The notes under the pieces are model-generated. The model saw only the letters and a list, made by a program, of their open reading frames with translations, was not told the DNA's origin and made no database searches. A program made the translations under genes and the position numbers. DNA of 32,000 bases, taken from Acaryochloris marina MBIC11017 (GTDB lineage: Bacteria; Cyanobacteriota; Cyanobacteriia; Thermosynechococcales; Thermosynechococcaceae). How positions within the stretch are numbered: the first letter of the stretch is position 1; each line of letters starts with the position of its first letter. Location: positions 30,001 to 62,000 of the forward strand of contig NC_009929.1 in NCBI RefSeq assembly GCF_000018105.1, given 5' to 3'. Below are positions 17,146 through 25,915 of the stretch, one piece after another.

Positions 17146-18877
17146 GTGCCAGCTCCTATTAAACCTCAACAGGTTCATCTTTATATGCAGACAAAACAAT
17201 CCGGCTCTTCTCAAGAAACAGCAGCTGCTAAAGCTGGCATTTCTACCCGCACAGCCCACCGCATTGATAGTGGTACTCATCGTCCCCAACGCGGCCGCCC
17301 TCATGACTGGAAAACCCGTGAAGATCCGCTGGATGGATTATGGGAATTAGAACTTGAGCCGATGTTAGAGCGTGAGCCTCGATTAGAAGCGACTACTCTA
17401 TTTGAGACCTTACAAGAGAACCATCCTGGGCAATATGATGACAAGATCAGAACCGTGCAACGCCGAACCGCTAAATGGAAGGCAGCTCATGGCAAGCCCA
17501 AAGAAGTGATGTTCAAAATTCAACATCATCCTGGGGAGATGGGACAGTCAGACTTCGCTCAGCTCAAAGGTTTCAGTGTGACGGTTCAGGGTGAAGCCTT
17601 TCACCATATCTTGTATCACTATCGACTGAGCTATAGCGGCTGGCAGTACGTGCAGGTGATTCAAGGCGGAGAAAGTTTTATCGGCTTATCCCAAGGGCTA
17701 CAAAATGCTCTAACCGCCTGTGGTGGCGTGCCCAAGATTCATCGTACCGATAGTCTGAGTGCGGCTTATCGCAATACTGGCGGCCGCAATCCCCAGCTGA
17801 CCCAGTTGTATTCGACTCTGTGTGACCATTACCGGATGCAGCCAACACGCAACAATCTGGGTGTCTCTCATGAGAATGGCGGAATAGAGGGGTCTCATGG
17901 CTATTTCAAACGACGCCTGTGCCAAGCCCTGTATCGTCGAGGCAGCTTTGACTTTGACTCGGTAGCTGAGTATCAGCAGTTCATCGAGCAAGTCATCGCC
18001 AAGCTGAATGCCAAGTGCCAAAAAAAGGTTTGCACTGGAGCTGCCCACCTTACAGCCCTTGCCCAGATACCGAACTCCTGATTATGAAGTGCGCAGTGCC
18101 AAAGTCAGCTGCAATAGCACGATTGCCGTCCGCTGTGTCCTTTACACAGTCCCCTCTCGCTTAATTGGCCACCGCTTGAAATTACACCTATACCATGACC
18201 GCCTTGTCGGTTTCTTAGGCACCACTCCCGTAGTGGAATTGGCGCGGGTCCATGTCCATGGCTCTGAGAAGAAAAGACGCGCTCGCAGCATCGATTACAA
18301 GCATGTGGCAGAAAGTCTCAGGAGAAAGCCAAACGCGTTTCTCTACTGCCAATGGCAATCAGAGCTACTGCCCAATCTTCAGTGGCATCAGCTGTGGGAA
18401 TCACTCAAAGCTAATTTTGAGCAGGACCAGGCCGCACGATTAATCACCGAAGCCCTCTATATCGCTGCAACTCAAGATCAAGAATCTCAGGTGGCTGACT
18501 ACCTACAAACTCAACTGGAACAGTCCACCCTGACCTTGAGCAGATTAAAACAAGCCTTTGAATTCAAGCTCTCGACTGAGCAATATCCTGACGTCACCTC
18601 ACAACAGCACGATTTATCTGACTATGATCAACTCCTCCACAGCAGACCCGGACAACCCATACCAGTTGCTGATGACAACCCTAAAACAGTTGCGGTTGAG
18701 GCATTTCCTCGACGAGTGGCAGAGCATCGAGCATCAAGCGACTCAGGAGAATTGGTCCTACGCCCAGTTTCTGTTGGCTTTAGCTCAAGGCGAAGCCAGC
18801 CGTCGGGAGCAGAATCGGATTTCACGCGCTCTAACCGAAGCGCAGCTGCCTTACGGAAAGTCCTGGACCAATTTTGA
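17146..18877 (+). pseudogene. istA: IS21 istA transposase, frameshifted at an A7 run
   Basis: ORF 17146-18081 (GTG start; HTH; DDE-type segments GQSDF, HRTDS, ENGGIEGSHGYFK) continues in the +1 frame as ORF 18008-18877 (...KKRFALELPTLQPLPRYR...). The switch maps to AAAAAAA at 18020-18026. The last 85 or so codons overlap istB and look like out-of-frame read-on. Confidence 0.7.
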
Positions 18878-19421
18878 GTTTGCCCATGTTCCCACCCTTA
18901 ATCCAGCTGCTCTCATGGAGTTTGCCCAAACGACTCACTGGCTAGAGTCCGGTAGCAACATTCTAATTTTTGGGCCGAGCGGAACAGGGAAAACACACGT
19001 CAGCTCTGCATTAGGAGCTTCTATTATTGAGTTGGGTAAGCGAGTAAAATTTGTCACAGCCACAACCCTGGTGCAACAACTACAGCTGGCCAAACTTCAA
19101 TTGGAATTGCAGAGTCTCTTGTCCAAACTTGACCGCTATGATCTGCTTATCATTGATGATCTCGGTTATGTCCAAAAGTCCGATGTTGAAACCTCGGTAC
19201 TGTTTGAGTTGATTGCTCACCGGTATGAGCGAAAGAGCCTACTCATCACGGCTAATCAACCTTTCAGTCAATGGGACAGCATCTTTCCTAACTCAATGAT
19301 GACCGTGGCTGCCATTGATCGCTTAATTCACCACGCCACCATTTTCGAGATGCAAGCAGAAAGCTTCCGCAAACAAGAAGCGGCCAAACACACAGCCAAG
19401 TCTCAAAAGACTGACAGCTGA
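18624..19421 (+). CDS. istB: IS21 IstB AAA+ helper ATPase
   Basis: Walker A is IFGPSGTGKTH and Walker B is LLIIDDLGY. The start is taken at the ATG at 18624 (MINSST...), next to the conserved IstA C-terminal DLSDYDQLL. The track ORF starts at 18558. Confidence 0.8.
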   Translation: MINSSTADPDNPYQLLMTTLKQLRLRHFLDEWQSIEHQATQENWSYAQFLLALAQGEASRREQNRISRALTEAQLPYGKSWTNFEFAHVPTLNPAALMEFAQTTHWLESGSNILIFGPSGTGKTHVSSALGASIIELGKRVKFVTATTLVQQLQLAKLQLELQSLLSKLDRYDLLIIDDLGYVQKSDVETSVLFELIAHRYERKSLLITANQPFSQWDSIFPNSMMTVAAIDRLIHHATIFEMQAESFRKQEAAKHTAKSQKTDS

Positions 19422-19449
19422 TCTCTAGTCAGAATAAAACCTCTGTACC

Positions 19450-19497
19450 CCACTATTAATAGAGTTGCTTACTTATAAGCAACTCTATTAATAGTGG
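19450..19497 (+). terminator. Perfect 22-bp-stem hairpin inside the IS right end
   Basis: CCACTATTAATAGAGTTGCTTA, then a 4-nt loop, then TAAGCAACTCTATTAATAGTGG, followed by CTTTATT. It lies 29 nt after the istB stop. Confidence 0.55.
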
Positions 19498-19639
19498 CTT
19501 TATTGATAATTGTCATTTTGTCCATGGCGCGATCACCTGAGGTAAAAACCATGATTTTCGATGGTCTCCGACCGCTCTTCGGGCATCTCAAGATGATATT
19601 GCAAAGATCTAAATCGACTCACGAGCCGCTATTAAAAGT

Positions 19640-21148
19640 ATGAAGTTAGAACCAAAAAGTTTGGCCTATCTAATTGACATTAAACAGAATGCTATCGAAT
19701 CCAAGGATCAGGGTGAAGTGGTTCGTGCAACCGTCGCTGATCCTTGGGATATTGAACCTGACCAAGTGGTTGATCAAGCCCTTGATAAATTAGAGCCACT
19801 AGAATCAGAAGCTATTGAAGTAGATGCAGTCGTAGTCGAACCTGAGCAACTACCCTCCCAAGCCCAATCGAATGAGCGCCCTCTCGTGAATGAGTTCATT
19901 GAGAAAGCAGGGGAGAATATCAAGCAGGGTGCAAATGACTTTGTTGCCCAAGCCAATGCGTTCCTTGCAGAGAACATTCAGGTGGAGTACCAGCCTATCC
20001 CTCAACAGGATGGCACTGTAGCTTTGGCTGTGGATACCCCTTCACTACTCACTCAGATGCAGTTAGCGGGTGGGGAATATGCTCAAGCAGCTAAAGAAAA
20101 AATGCAAAGTCTTGCACCACAGCAATATGAGCGGGTTTCCGAGGCAGTCAAAAACACCCAAGAGCGTGTGAAGAGTGCCTTAGAATCGGTGTCTGATACC
20201 GTGCAAGGAAGATTGAAGGAACCCTCATTAGGTCAACGTATTGGGGAGCTTGAGCACAGCGTAGGTCTACGGCTTGACAGCATGGGGCTAGGAATTGAGG
20301 ATCTATTCCAAAAAGTTTTTGATATTGAGCTAGATAAGCATGGGACTGAGTTTGCACTCACACGAGAGATTGGGGAGTTTAAGGTTGAAATCGAAGCATT
20401 GCGCTCTCAGGTTGGTGGACTAGAAGGCCAAATCTCGGCCATGCAGCAGCAACAAGTGAAATCCCAGGAGATGATTGCAGCACTGCAATCCCCCAAACCG
20501 CAGCTCAATAATCCTCGTCTCAGTCAATGGCAGTCTAACTTTGTATCCACCATGAAAGACCGATTCCAGGCAGTCAAACAGTACATTGGCGAGAAGATCA
20601 ATCAGGTCAAGGCTAAAGTGTCAGATTTGGTAGAGTCCTTCAAACACAAAATGGTTGAGCGTTTTCAGCCCATTGCTGACCGTCTAAGACCAGTTTATGA
20701 ACAGGCTCAAGATCTGAAGCAGAAAACAGGTGAGCAAATCAATCAAGTCAAGGCCACTGTTGGCGAGAAGGTCGATCACGCTAAACAGTTCGTGGGTGAG
20801 AAGGCGATGGACTGGCAGGCTCAAGCTCTAGCTGCCACTGCAACCTATGTACTCGCTCAGCAAGGCAAGCAAACCCCACAGGGCACCACCATCTATGAAG
20901 GGCAGCATTTTGACTTTCACAGGAACCAGGGTAACTCTTTGCTGATTGTCGATAAGGCAACTCAACAGCCTGTTTATAAAAATGGTGAGTTCAACCAGAA
21001 TGCCCCCAAGGATGTGAAGGACAAGCTTGTCAAAGCAGCTCAAACGACTCAAAAAGGGATAGAGCAAAAGCAAGCTCACAAACAAGCTAAGGAACAAGCA
21101 CAGACTCAGAAGCCAAAGCCAAAAGTGGCAGCAGCCGCTAGGCGCTAA
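19640..21148 (+). CDS. Coiled-coil-rich hypothetical protein with a Lys/Gln-rich tail
   Basis: 502-aa ORF with repeated helical segments (QVKAKVSDLVE..., QVKATVGEKVD...). Its 3' end overlaps the convergent relaxase stop by 11 bp. Confidence 0.55.
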   Translation: MKLEPKSLAYLIDIKQNAIESKDQGEVVRATVADPWDIEPDQVVDQALDKLEPLESEAIEVDAVVVEPEQLPSQAQSNERPLVNEFIEKAGENIKQGANDFVAQANAFLAENIQVEYQPIPQQDGTVALAVDTPSLLTQMQLAGGEYAQAAKEKMQSLAPQQYERVSEAVKNTQERVKSALESVSDTVQGRLKEPSLGQRIGELEHSVGLRLDSMGLGIEDLFQKVFDIELDKHGTEFALTREIGEFKVEIEALRSQVGGLEGQISAMQQQQVKSQEMIAALQSPKPQLNNPRLSQWQSNFVSTMKDRFQAVKQYIGEKINQVKAKVSDLVESFKHKMVERFQPIADRLRPVYEQAQDLKQKTGEQINQVKATVGEKVDHAKQFVGEKAMDWQAQALAATATYVLAQQGKQTPQGTTIYEGQHFDFHRNQGNSLLIVDKATQQPVYKNGEFNQNAPKDVKDKLVKAAQTTQKGIEQKQAHKQAKEQAQTQKPKPKVAAAARR

Positions 21149-24100
21149 GCTTCCTGTTCTTCTGCGCTCGTTGAATGGGCTTGACCTTAGCCTGTTTGAC
21201 GGTGGATTTAAACAACTTAATTACCCCTGGTCGGGCCGATACTCTCGTGAGTCGGCCCATTTTTGTCTGAAGGAGTATGCGACCCGTATCAGTGTCCCTC
21301 ACTGTCAGCCCACGCTTACCCGTAGCAATCAGCCATTTATCTACCCGGTACTGGTAGGTATGGCGGTACTTGGTGCCTTTTGTCTTGGCTAATTCTTCAA
21401 GGATGGGGACAACGGTAGTTGCTGCATTGCGTTTCTTGTCTTGGTGCTGGAGAGCAGCTTTCATCAGTTCTTCCCGGTTCAAATCTGGGTTTATGGCCTC
21501 GATGGTTTTATAGGCATCCTCCGTCGTTCCTCTGGTATACGCCTCAATAAAGATTTCCAGGTTCATCACCTTGCGGGGGAGTTCGCCATCGCGTCTAACC
21601 ACAAACTCATATAGCTTTTGATACTCATATTCGTAGTGCTTGGCAGTTGCTACTGCTAAAGGTTGAGCGGCATCGATGGCAAGCTCCAGCATTTCGGGGC
21701 TAGCTCCAACGATCAGATCATCAGCTCCCTTGTAGAGGCTACTCCACTTACTGAATTTAACCGTGCAGCCCTTGTCCTCTAACAGCATTCCCGTGCGAAC
21801 CATGTCACGCCTAACATTTGCCACGGTCGATGGTTTGGTGTCCTGGTCGTACATAAATGTAATCTCTCGACCTGGCACGGCAAAGATAGCGAGGTCAGGG
21901 TTTAACCTTCGCTCTGGCAATTTGATGCCCTCGTCATCCTTGGACCGATACCCGGCATTCACACCAGGCAGACCAATGACGACATGGCCTTGAGAGGTAA
22001 TGGATAGGGTTTTCTTGCCCCCCTCAGTAATCTTGATGGGGATTTGGGGATTGTCTCGAATTATTTTCCAAAAGTGATCGCCAGGTGCTGAAGTGGTGTC
22101 GTATTTCTTACAGATATATTCTTTGAACCAGTCTGGAACCTCAGTTAGGAAAATCCCTCTGCTTCTGCCCTGGGGATGCTCGTATTTCTGAAAGCGCTCT
22201 CTACTGCTGTCATAGCGGGGATGATCTGGTTTGAAGCTGCCCCAGGTGGAAAGTATTGGATCATCCAGGCTTTGGGCATCAACCCCTGCCCCGATCCAAA
22301 ACCCGCCGTCCCAGCAATGCTCTATCTTGGCTCTCAATTTCTGCTGTTGTTCGACCCAGACCTGACCTGCTCCAAGTTCTGCAATTTTGTCCTCTAGCAG
22401 ATACTCATAAACTGAATCACCCTTTAAGCTGTGGCAATTTAGCTCAATCAGATCCGGGTGAATCCCCGAGCCTTCAATTAGCTCCTCCCAGTGATGAGCC
22501 GCAATACCTGACTTGGGTGGCTCGGCCATTGCCGTTTGTGGTGTCCAGAATGCTGTGGGAGTGAATTCTGGTAGCTCTAGTTCCCTATCTAGCCCCAGCA
22601 ACTCTCTGGGATTGAGTTGAGCGGCTGAACACTGGACCTGACGACACATTCCTTCGTAGTTCTCAGTGAAGATATACAGCTCATGCTTTTGTCGGCTGAT
22701 GGCAACGTAGAAAGGTTCTCTTGATGAGGTGGGGTCAATCGTGCCACTGAAGATGACTCGATAGTAGGTCTGACCTTGGGCTGCGTGAGTGGTGGAGGTG
22801 ATTGAGTAATCCAGCTCCAAGGGTTTGGATGTGTCTATCCATTTCTTGTGATTGATTTGGATCCTGTGACCTTCGACGGCTGTCACCTTGAACTGATCGC
22901 CATTGTTGCCATGTAGATTGTTCCTCGTCCACCGCAACTGGTCCCCCACTGCGACATTGATTTTCTGAGCGGTAAAGACGGTTTTATTCTCCAGCTTGGC
23001 TGGGTCGAAACTGGAGTATTGCCCCCCTTGAGAGACGACACGGACGACCCCAGAGGCTTCATCAACGCCGACTACTTTGTAGAGCTTTCCTTTCTGGAGC
23101 CGACTAGAGAAATTCTCATTGGGAATGACATAATCGTCAGTTTTGTAATACCTCAGATGACGGGTCTGCTCTGTAGTTAACCGTTTGTCCACCAATTGCC
23201 GAAGCGCCTGGTCTTCCCCCTTAATTACACCTTCGGCACGTAGCCCTTCTCTAATCAGAATCGTGATTGCCTTTCTCTCTCGGTGGGTGCCCGTGACGAT
23301 TAGAGTCTGCTTGCGCTCCTTGGGTTTCAGGCTTAGATATTTCTCAGCGACTTGAGCGGCCCGAGTTCTGTGATCTGCGACCTCAGTGACGTGACCATAC
23401 TCATTGAGTAGCTTCAAGGCTTCCAAGGGCTTGCCAATGCTGACCAGCTCGACTGCCCGCCGCTGGACAATGCGCTTTTGTCTGAGGATTGTTTTGATGT
23501 GGTAGGTTTCAGCTCCTGCCTTCATCAGTGAACGCTGAGGTGACCCCGCATTGACAGAGCTGTTCTGGTTGATGTCCCCGACTAACAACACACGAGCATT
23601 AACCGCCTCAGCCCGCTTCAGGACTTCAAGCCCCTGCTCCGCTGATTTCATCCCCGCTTCATCAATGATCCACCATTGATTTGGGCTGGTGTCTAACTTG
23701 CGGGTGATTAAGCCAGAGACGGTGGTGGTTTCAATCCCTAACTCTTCGGCTAAAACCCCTGCTGCTTTAGTGGTGGGACTGTAGCCTTTAATCTGGATAT
23801 CCGGGTTGATGGCTTCGATGTGTTTTTGGAGTTCGCTGAGGGTCGTGGTCTTGCCCACTCCAGACAGGCCATGCCAAATGATCAACCGATTGCTGCTAGC
23901 GAGGGTGTTGCGGACTGCATTACGCTGATCTGCGTTCAGCATCTTATTGAACTCAATCTTACCCGTGGTGATGGGGGTGAATTTATGCTGACCAGCGGCC
24001 CAGAGCTGCCGTGTCTTTTCTTCCCTATCTAAAGCGTACTGAGTGGTATAGGTGTCATTCTTCGTGCGGATCAGTTGCGGGTGATTGGCAATCTCAGTCT

Positions 24101-25172
24101 GCAACTCTTCATAGGTGAAGGGCGGGCGCTGATCAAAGACCCATTGCTCAATTAGCTCATGGCAAAACTCAGCATTGCGCTCCTGTAGGTGGGCAATGGC
24201 ACTATCTACGTATTCACGGGTTAATTCAGGCCGATGGACCCAGGTGGATTTCTTAGCAGGCTTGGGAAGCGTGAACCCATTGATGATCAGTTCCTCAACC
24301 CATCCCTTCATCTTTTCAGGGATATTGGTGTTGTCTTCTTTTTTATTGCGGGTTCTCAGGACTGCATTCTGGCGGTTTTCCTGGGTATCTTCTAGACCGT
24401 ACTTCTTCAGATACCGCTCTACTTCCTGAGTTCTTTTCTTGAAATGCCAAACCGTTTCAGGGCTAAGTCCCTCAATGGTGCCATCAGGCCGCACGGTATA
24501 CCCCAGTTCCGCTAGACCCTTATCAATAAAGTGGCGGTAGATGGAGCCAAGAGACAGAGATTTAAATATCGCCTCATTCGATAGCGATTGCCATTTCCCG
24601 TTGATCTGGGTAGCATTCATCACCACGATATGGGTATGCAGCGCTGGGTCTGAATAGGTTTTGCCGTCAATGGTGACAGGCCGGGCAGTAGCGTGATTGA
24701 TGAAAGCCCCGATCAGGGAATTTGTATTGACCAAGGAGCGCTGCCCATTCCCATGTCTGACACGGGTTTGAGTATACCGGGACTGGAAGATATCGAAGAC
24801 TTTCTGCAAGGCTTGCTCATGCAGCTCGATAATCCTGCGGTCCCCACCGACCAAGGCGAGGATCGAGGCTTCTTTGCCAGGTCCAAAGGTGAGATCTATC
24901 CCTAACCGCTCTTGGCCGTTCGTGGGTTTCTTGCGTAGGCGTTTGCCTGTTTGAGGGTGGTGTCCATAGAACAGCTTCTTGAAGACCTTCTGATTGATGA
25001 CACCTTTGAGGTTCAGACTGTCTGCGCCGTTTCCATACCACTTGCAAGGCGATACTACTGGATCTTTGCCCGGTGCGTAGTACTCGTCCTCACTGTTCTT
25101 TAGTGCTTCGTCTTCTGTGTAGTACTCCTCAATCGCAGCATTGCCTTTGTTGATGAGCGTTGGCCTGAACAT
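21138..25172 (-). CDS. MOBF-family relaxase (TrwC/TraI-like) fused to a RecD-like helicase and a C-terminal Toprim (DUF3854-like) domain
   Basis: The N-terminus carries paired-Tyr motifs (EEYYTEDE...EDEYYAPGKD), ERLGIDLTFGPGK and the His triad NHATAR...DPALHTHIVVMN, which matches the TrwC pattern. The helicase has Walker A GLSGVGKTT and Walker B WWIIDEAGM. The C-terminus has Toprim-like ITEGGKKT and FMYDQD. Confidence 0.9.
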   Translation of the reverse strand: MFRPTLINKGNAAIEEYYTEDEALKNSEDEYYAPGKDPVVSPCKWYGNGADSLNLKGVINQKVFKKLFYGHHPQTGKRLRKKPTNGQERLGIDLTFGPGKEASILALVGGDRRIIELHEQALQKVFDIFQSRYTQTRVRHGNGQRSLVNTNSLIGAFINHATARPVTIDGKTYSDPALHTHIVVMNATQINGKWQSLSNEAIFKSLSLGSIYRHFIDKGLAELGYTVRPDGTIEGLSPETVWHFKKRTQEVERYLKKYGLEDTQENRQNAVLRTRNKKEDNTNIPEKMKGWVEELIINGFTLPKPAKKSTWVHRPELTREYVDSAIAHLQERNAEFCHELIEQWVFDQRPPFTYEELQTEIANHPQLIRTKNDTYTTQYALDREEKTRQLWAAGQHKFTPITTGKIEFNKMLNADQRNAVRNTLASSNRLIIWHGLSGVGKTTTLSELQKHIEAINPDIQIKGYSPTTKAAGVLAEELGIETTTVSGLITRKLDTSPNQWWIIDEAGMKSAEQGLEVLKRAEAVNARVLLVGDINQNSSVNAGSPQRSLMKAGAETYHIKTILRQKRIVQRRAVELVSIGKPLEALKLLNEYGHVTEVADHRTRAAQVAEKYLSLKPKERKQTLIVTGTHRERKAITILIREGLRAEGVIKGEDQALRQLVDKRLTTEQTRHLRYYKTDDYVIPNENFSSRLQKGKLYKVVGVDEASGVVRVVSQGGQYSSFDPAKLENKTVFTAQKINVAVGDQLRWTRNNLHGNNGDQFKVTAVEGHRIQINHKKWIDTSKPLELDYSITSTTHAAQGQTYYRVIFSGTIDPTSSREPFYVAISRQKHELYIFTENYEGMCRQVQCSAAQLNPRELLGLDRELELPEFTPTAFWTPQTAMAEPPKSGIAAHHWEELIEGSGIHPDLIELNCHSLKGDSVYEYLLEDKIAELGAGQVWVEQQQKLRAKIEHCWDGGFWIGAGVDAQSLDDPILSTWGSFKPDHPRYDSSRERFQKYEHPQGRSRGIFLTEVPDWFKEYICKKYDTTSAPGDHFWKIIRDNPQIPIKITEGGKKTLSITSQGHVVIGLPGVNAGYRSKDDEGIKLPERRLNPDLAIFAVPGREITFMYDQDTKPSTVANVRRDMVRTGMLLEDKGCTVKFSKWSSLYKGADDLIVGASPEMLELAIDAAQPLAVATAKHYEYEYQKLYEFVVRRDGELPRKVMNLEIFIEAYTRGTTEDAYKTIEAINPDLNREELMKAALQHQDKKRNAATTVVPILEELAKTKGTKYRHTYQYRVDKWLIATGKRGLTVRDTDTGRILLQTKMGRLTRVSARPGVIKLFKSTVKQAKVKPIQRAQKNRKLSA

Positions 25173-25174
25173 TT

Positions 25175-25522
25175 TTAATATCGTCTTTGAGTATCTATCG
25201 CTGCACCAAGCCTAAGCGGTAGTAAAAGTGATTTGACAAGTAACCTGCGTATTGGTCCAATTAGCATACAAACGGTCATTAGAAAGACGAAATCCCACTT
25301 AAGCAAGCCGATAGGTGAGTTGATGCCAGCGGGGATGGTTACACCAGGAATACCCGTCTCGATAGGTGGCACCTCGACTTGATATGGTTCACCTGGTCTA
25401 CAAACTGGCTCTTGACCAGGAAATGTTGGCTTGCATTCCAACTTGTATTTTGTTACGTATTGTTTTCCCATTTTCTTCGACCTCGTTGAAAGGTTCGTGT
25501 CGTTGTTGATCCACTTTTTCAA
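25175..25522 (-). CDS. Small protein immediately upstream of the relaxase (possible relaxosome or membrane accessory); start uncertain
   Basis: 115-aa ORF ending 2 nt before the relaxase ATG, with a hydrophobic C-terminal segment. No recognisable motif. Confidence 0.35.
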   Translation of the reverse strand: MKKWINNDTNLSTRSKKMGKQYVTKYKLECKPTFPGQEPVCRPGEPYQVEVPPIETGIPGVTIPAGINSPIGLLKWDFVFLMTVCMLIGPIRRLLVKSLLLPLRLGAAIDTQRRY

Positions 25523-25579
25523 AAAAGATCAACACTCCAACATTACCCCGAATTTTTGGTTTTCGGCCTTTTCTGAGAT

Positions 25580-25610
25580 GCCCAAAAAGGTGGGCGTAGT
25601 GCATATATTA
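25580..25610. promoter_or_regulatory. Candidate oriT nic region (MOBF-like)
   Basis: Short hairpin GCCCA-AAAAGG-TGGGC (25580-25595) followed by GTAGTGCATATAT. By eye, and from memory, this resembles the R388 arrangement (IR followed by GTGCGTATTGTCT/ATAG). It lies in the intergenic region upstream of the relaxase operon. Confidence 0.3.
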
Positions 25611-25740
25611 AAATTTTTTCCGACGATCCGCAGTTTTCATCCGCTGTAATCCACTCCTAGAATGCATTTGAGGGGTGTTTTTCCAGGATTTTTTGGAGTG
25701 AGCCAGAGGGTGTTTTTTAGGAACATATTTCCACATTAAT

Positions 25741-25840
25741 TGGCTATTATTTATCATTCTTTGGCTATTAAAAGTCATGTCTTGACTATGGCTGGCTATG
25801 GTTGGCTATGGTTGGCTATTTGTTGCCAAAAAAAGGCTAT
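25741..25840 (+). repeat. Iteron cluster: seven TGGCTAT-type repeats (parC-like centromere candidate)
   Basis: TGGCTAT occurs at 25741, 25762, 25793, 25803 and 25813, with variants TGACTAT at 25783 and AGGCTAT at 25834. The three central copies have 10-bp phasing. The cluster lies directly upstream of the ParM-like gene. Confidence 0.6.
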
Positions 25841-25862
25841 TGCAGTCGGCTCAACTTTTTTT

Positions 25863-25877
25863 ATTCTGGGTAATGTT
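25863..25877 (+). promoter_or_regulatory. Conserved operon-leader box, copy 4 (ATTCTGGGTAATGTT)
   Basis: The same box as at 14384 and 16203, 39 nt upstream of the ParM-like start. A GTGACG...CGTCAC inverted repeat follows. Confidence 0.5.
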
Positions 25878-25915
25878 GTGACGTGAAAGATTTTTGAAAC
25901 TTTTGGAGCGTCACA

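Larger units (their letters stand above)
16975..19515 (+). mobile_element. IS21-family insertion sequence (istA-istB)
   Basis: An IstA-like DDE transposase and an IstB-like AAA+ helper lie in tandem. The terminal inverted repeat is TGACAATTA (16975-16983) against TAATTGTCA (19507-19515), with a TG...CA tip. Its length of 2541 bp fits the family. No target-site duplication could be identified. Confidence 0.7.

Noticed and set aside
18008-18877. 289-aa ORF as an independent gene
   Set aside because: Its sequence continues the IstA transposase after a frameshift in the A7 run, so it is annotated as part of an istA pseudogene.
19519-19524. TGTCCA just outside the IS21 right end as another Tn7-like tip
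   Set aside because: It is an isolated hexamer with no adjacent AATTAGNTGCAC sites and no partner end.
21171-25047. Multiple 60-100-aa ORFs within or antisense to the relaxase gene
   Set aside because: The 1344-aa minus-strand ORF has unambiguous TrwC and helicase motifs, so these are shadow ORFs.
25398-25649. ORFs 25398-25604 (-) and 25431-25649 (+) in the relaxase/par intergenic area
   Set aside because: They overlap each other and the 25175-25522 ORF, have no RBS, and cover the candidate oriT region. They are probably non-coding.
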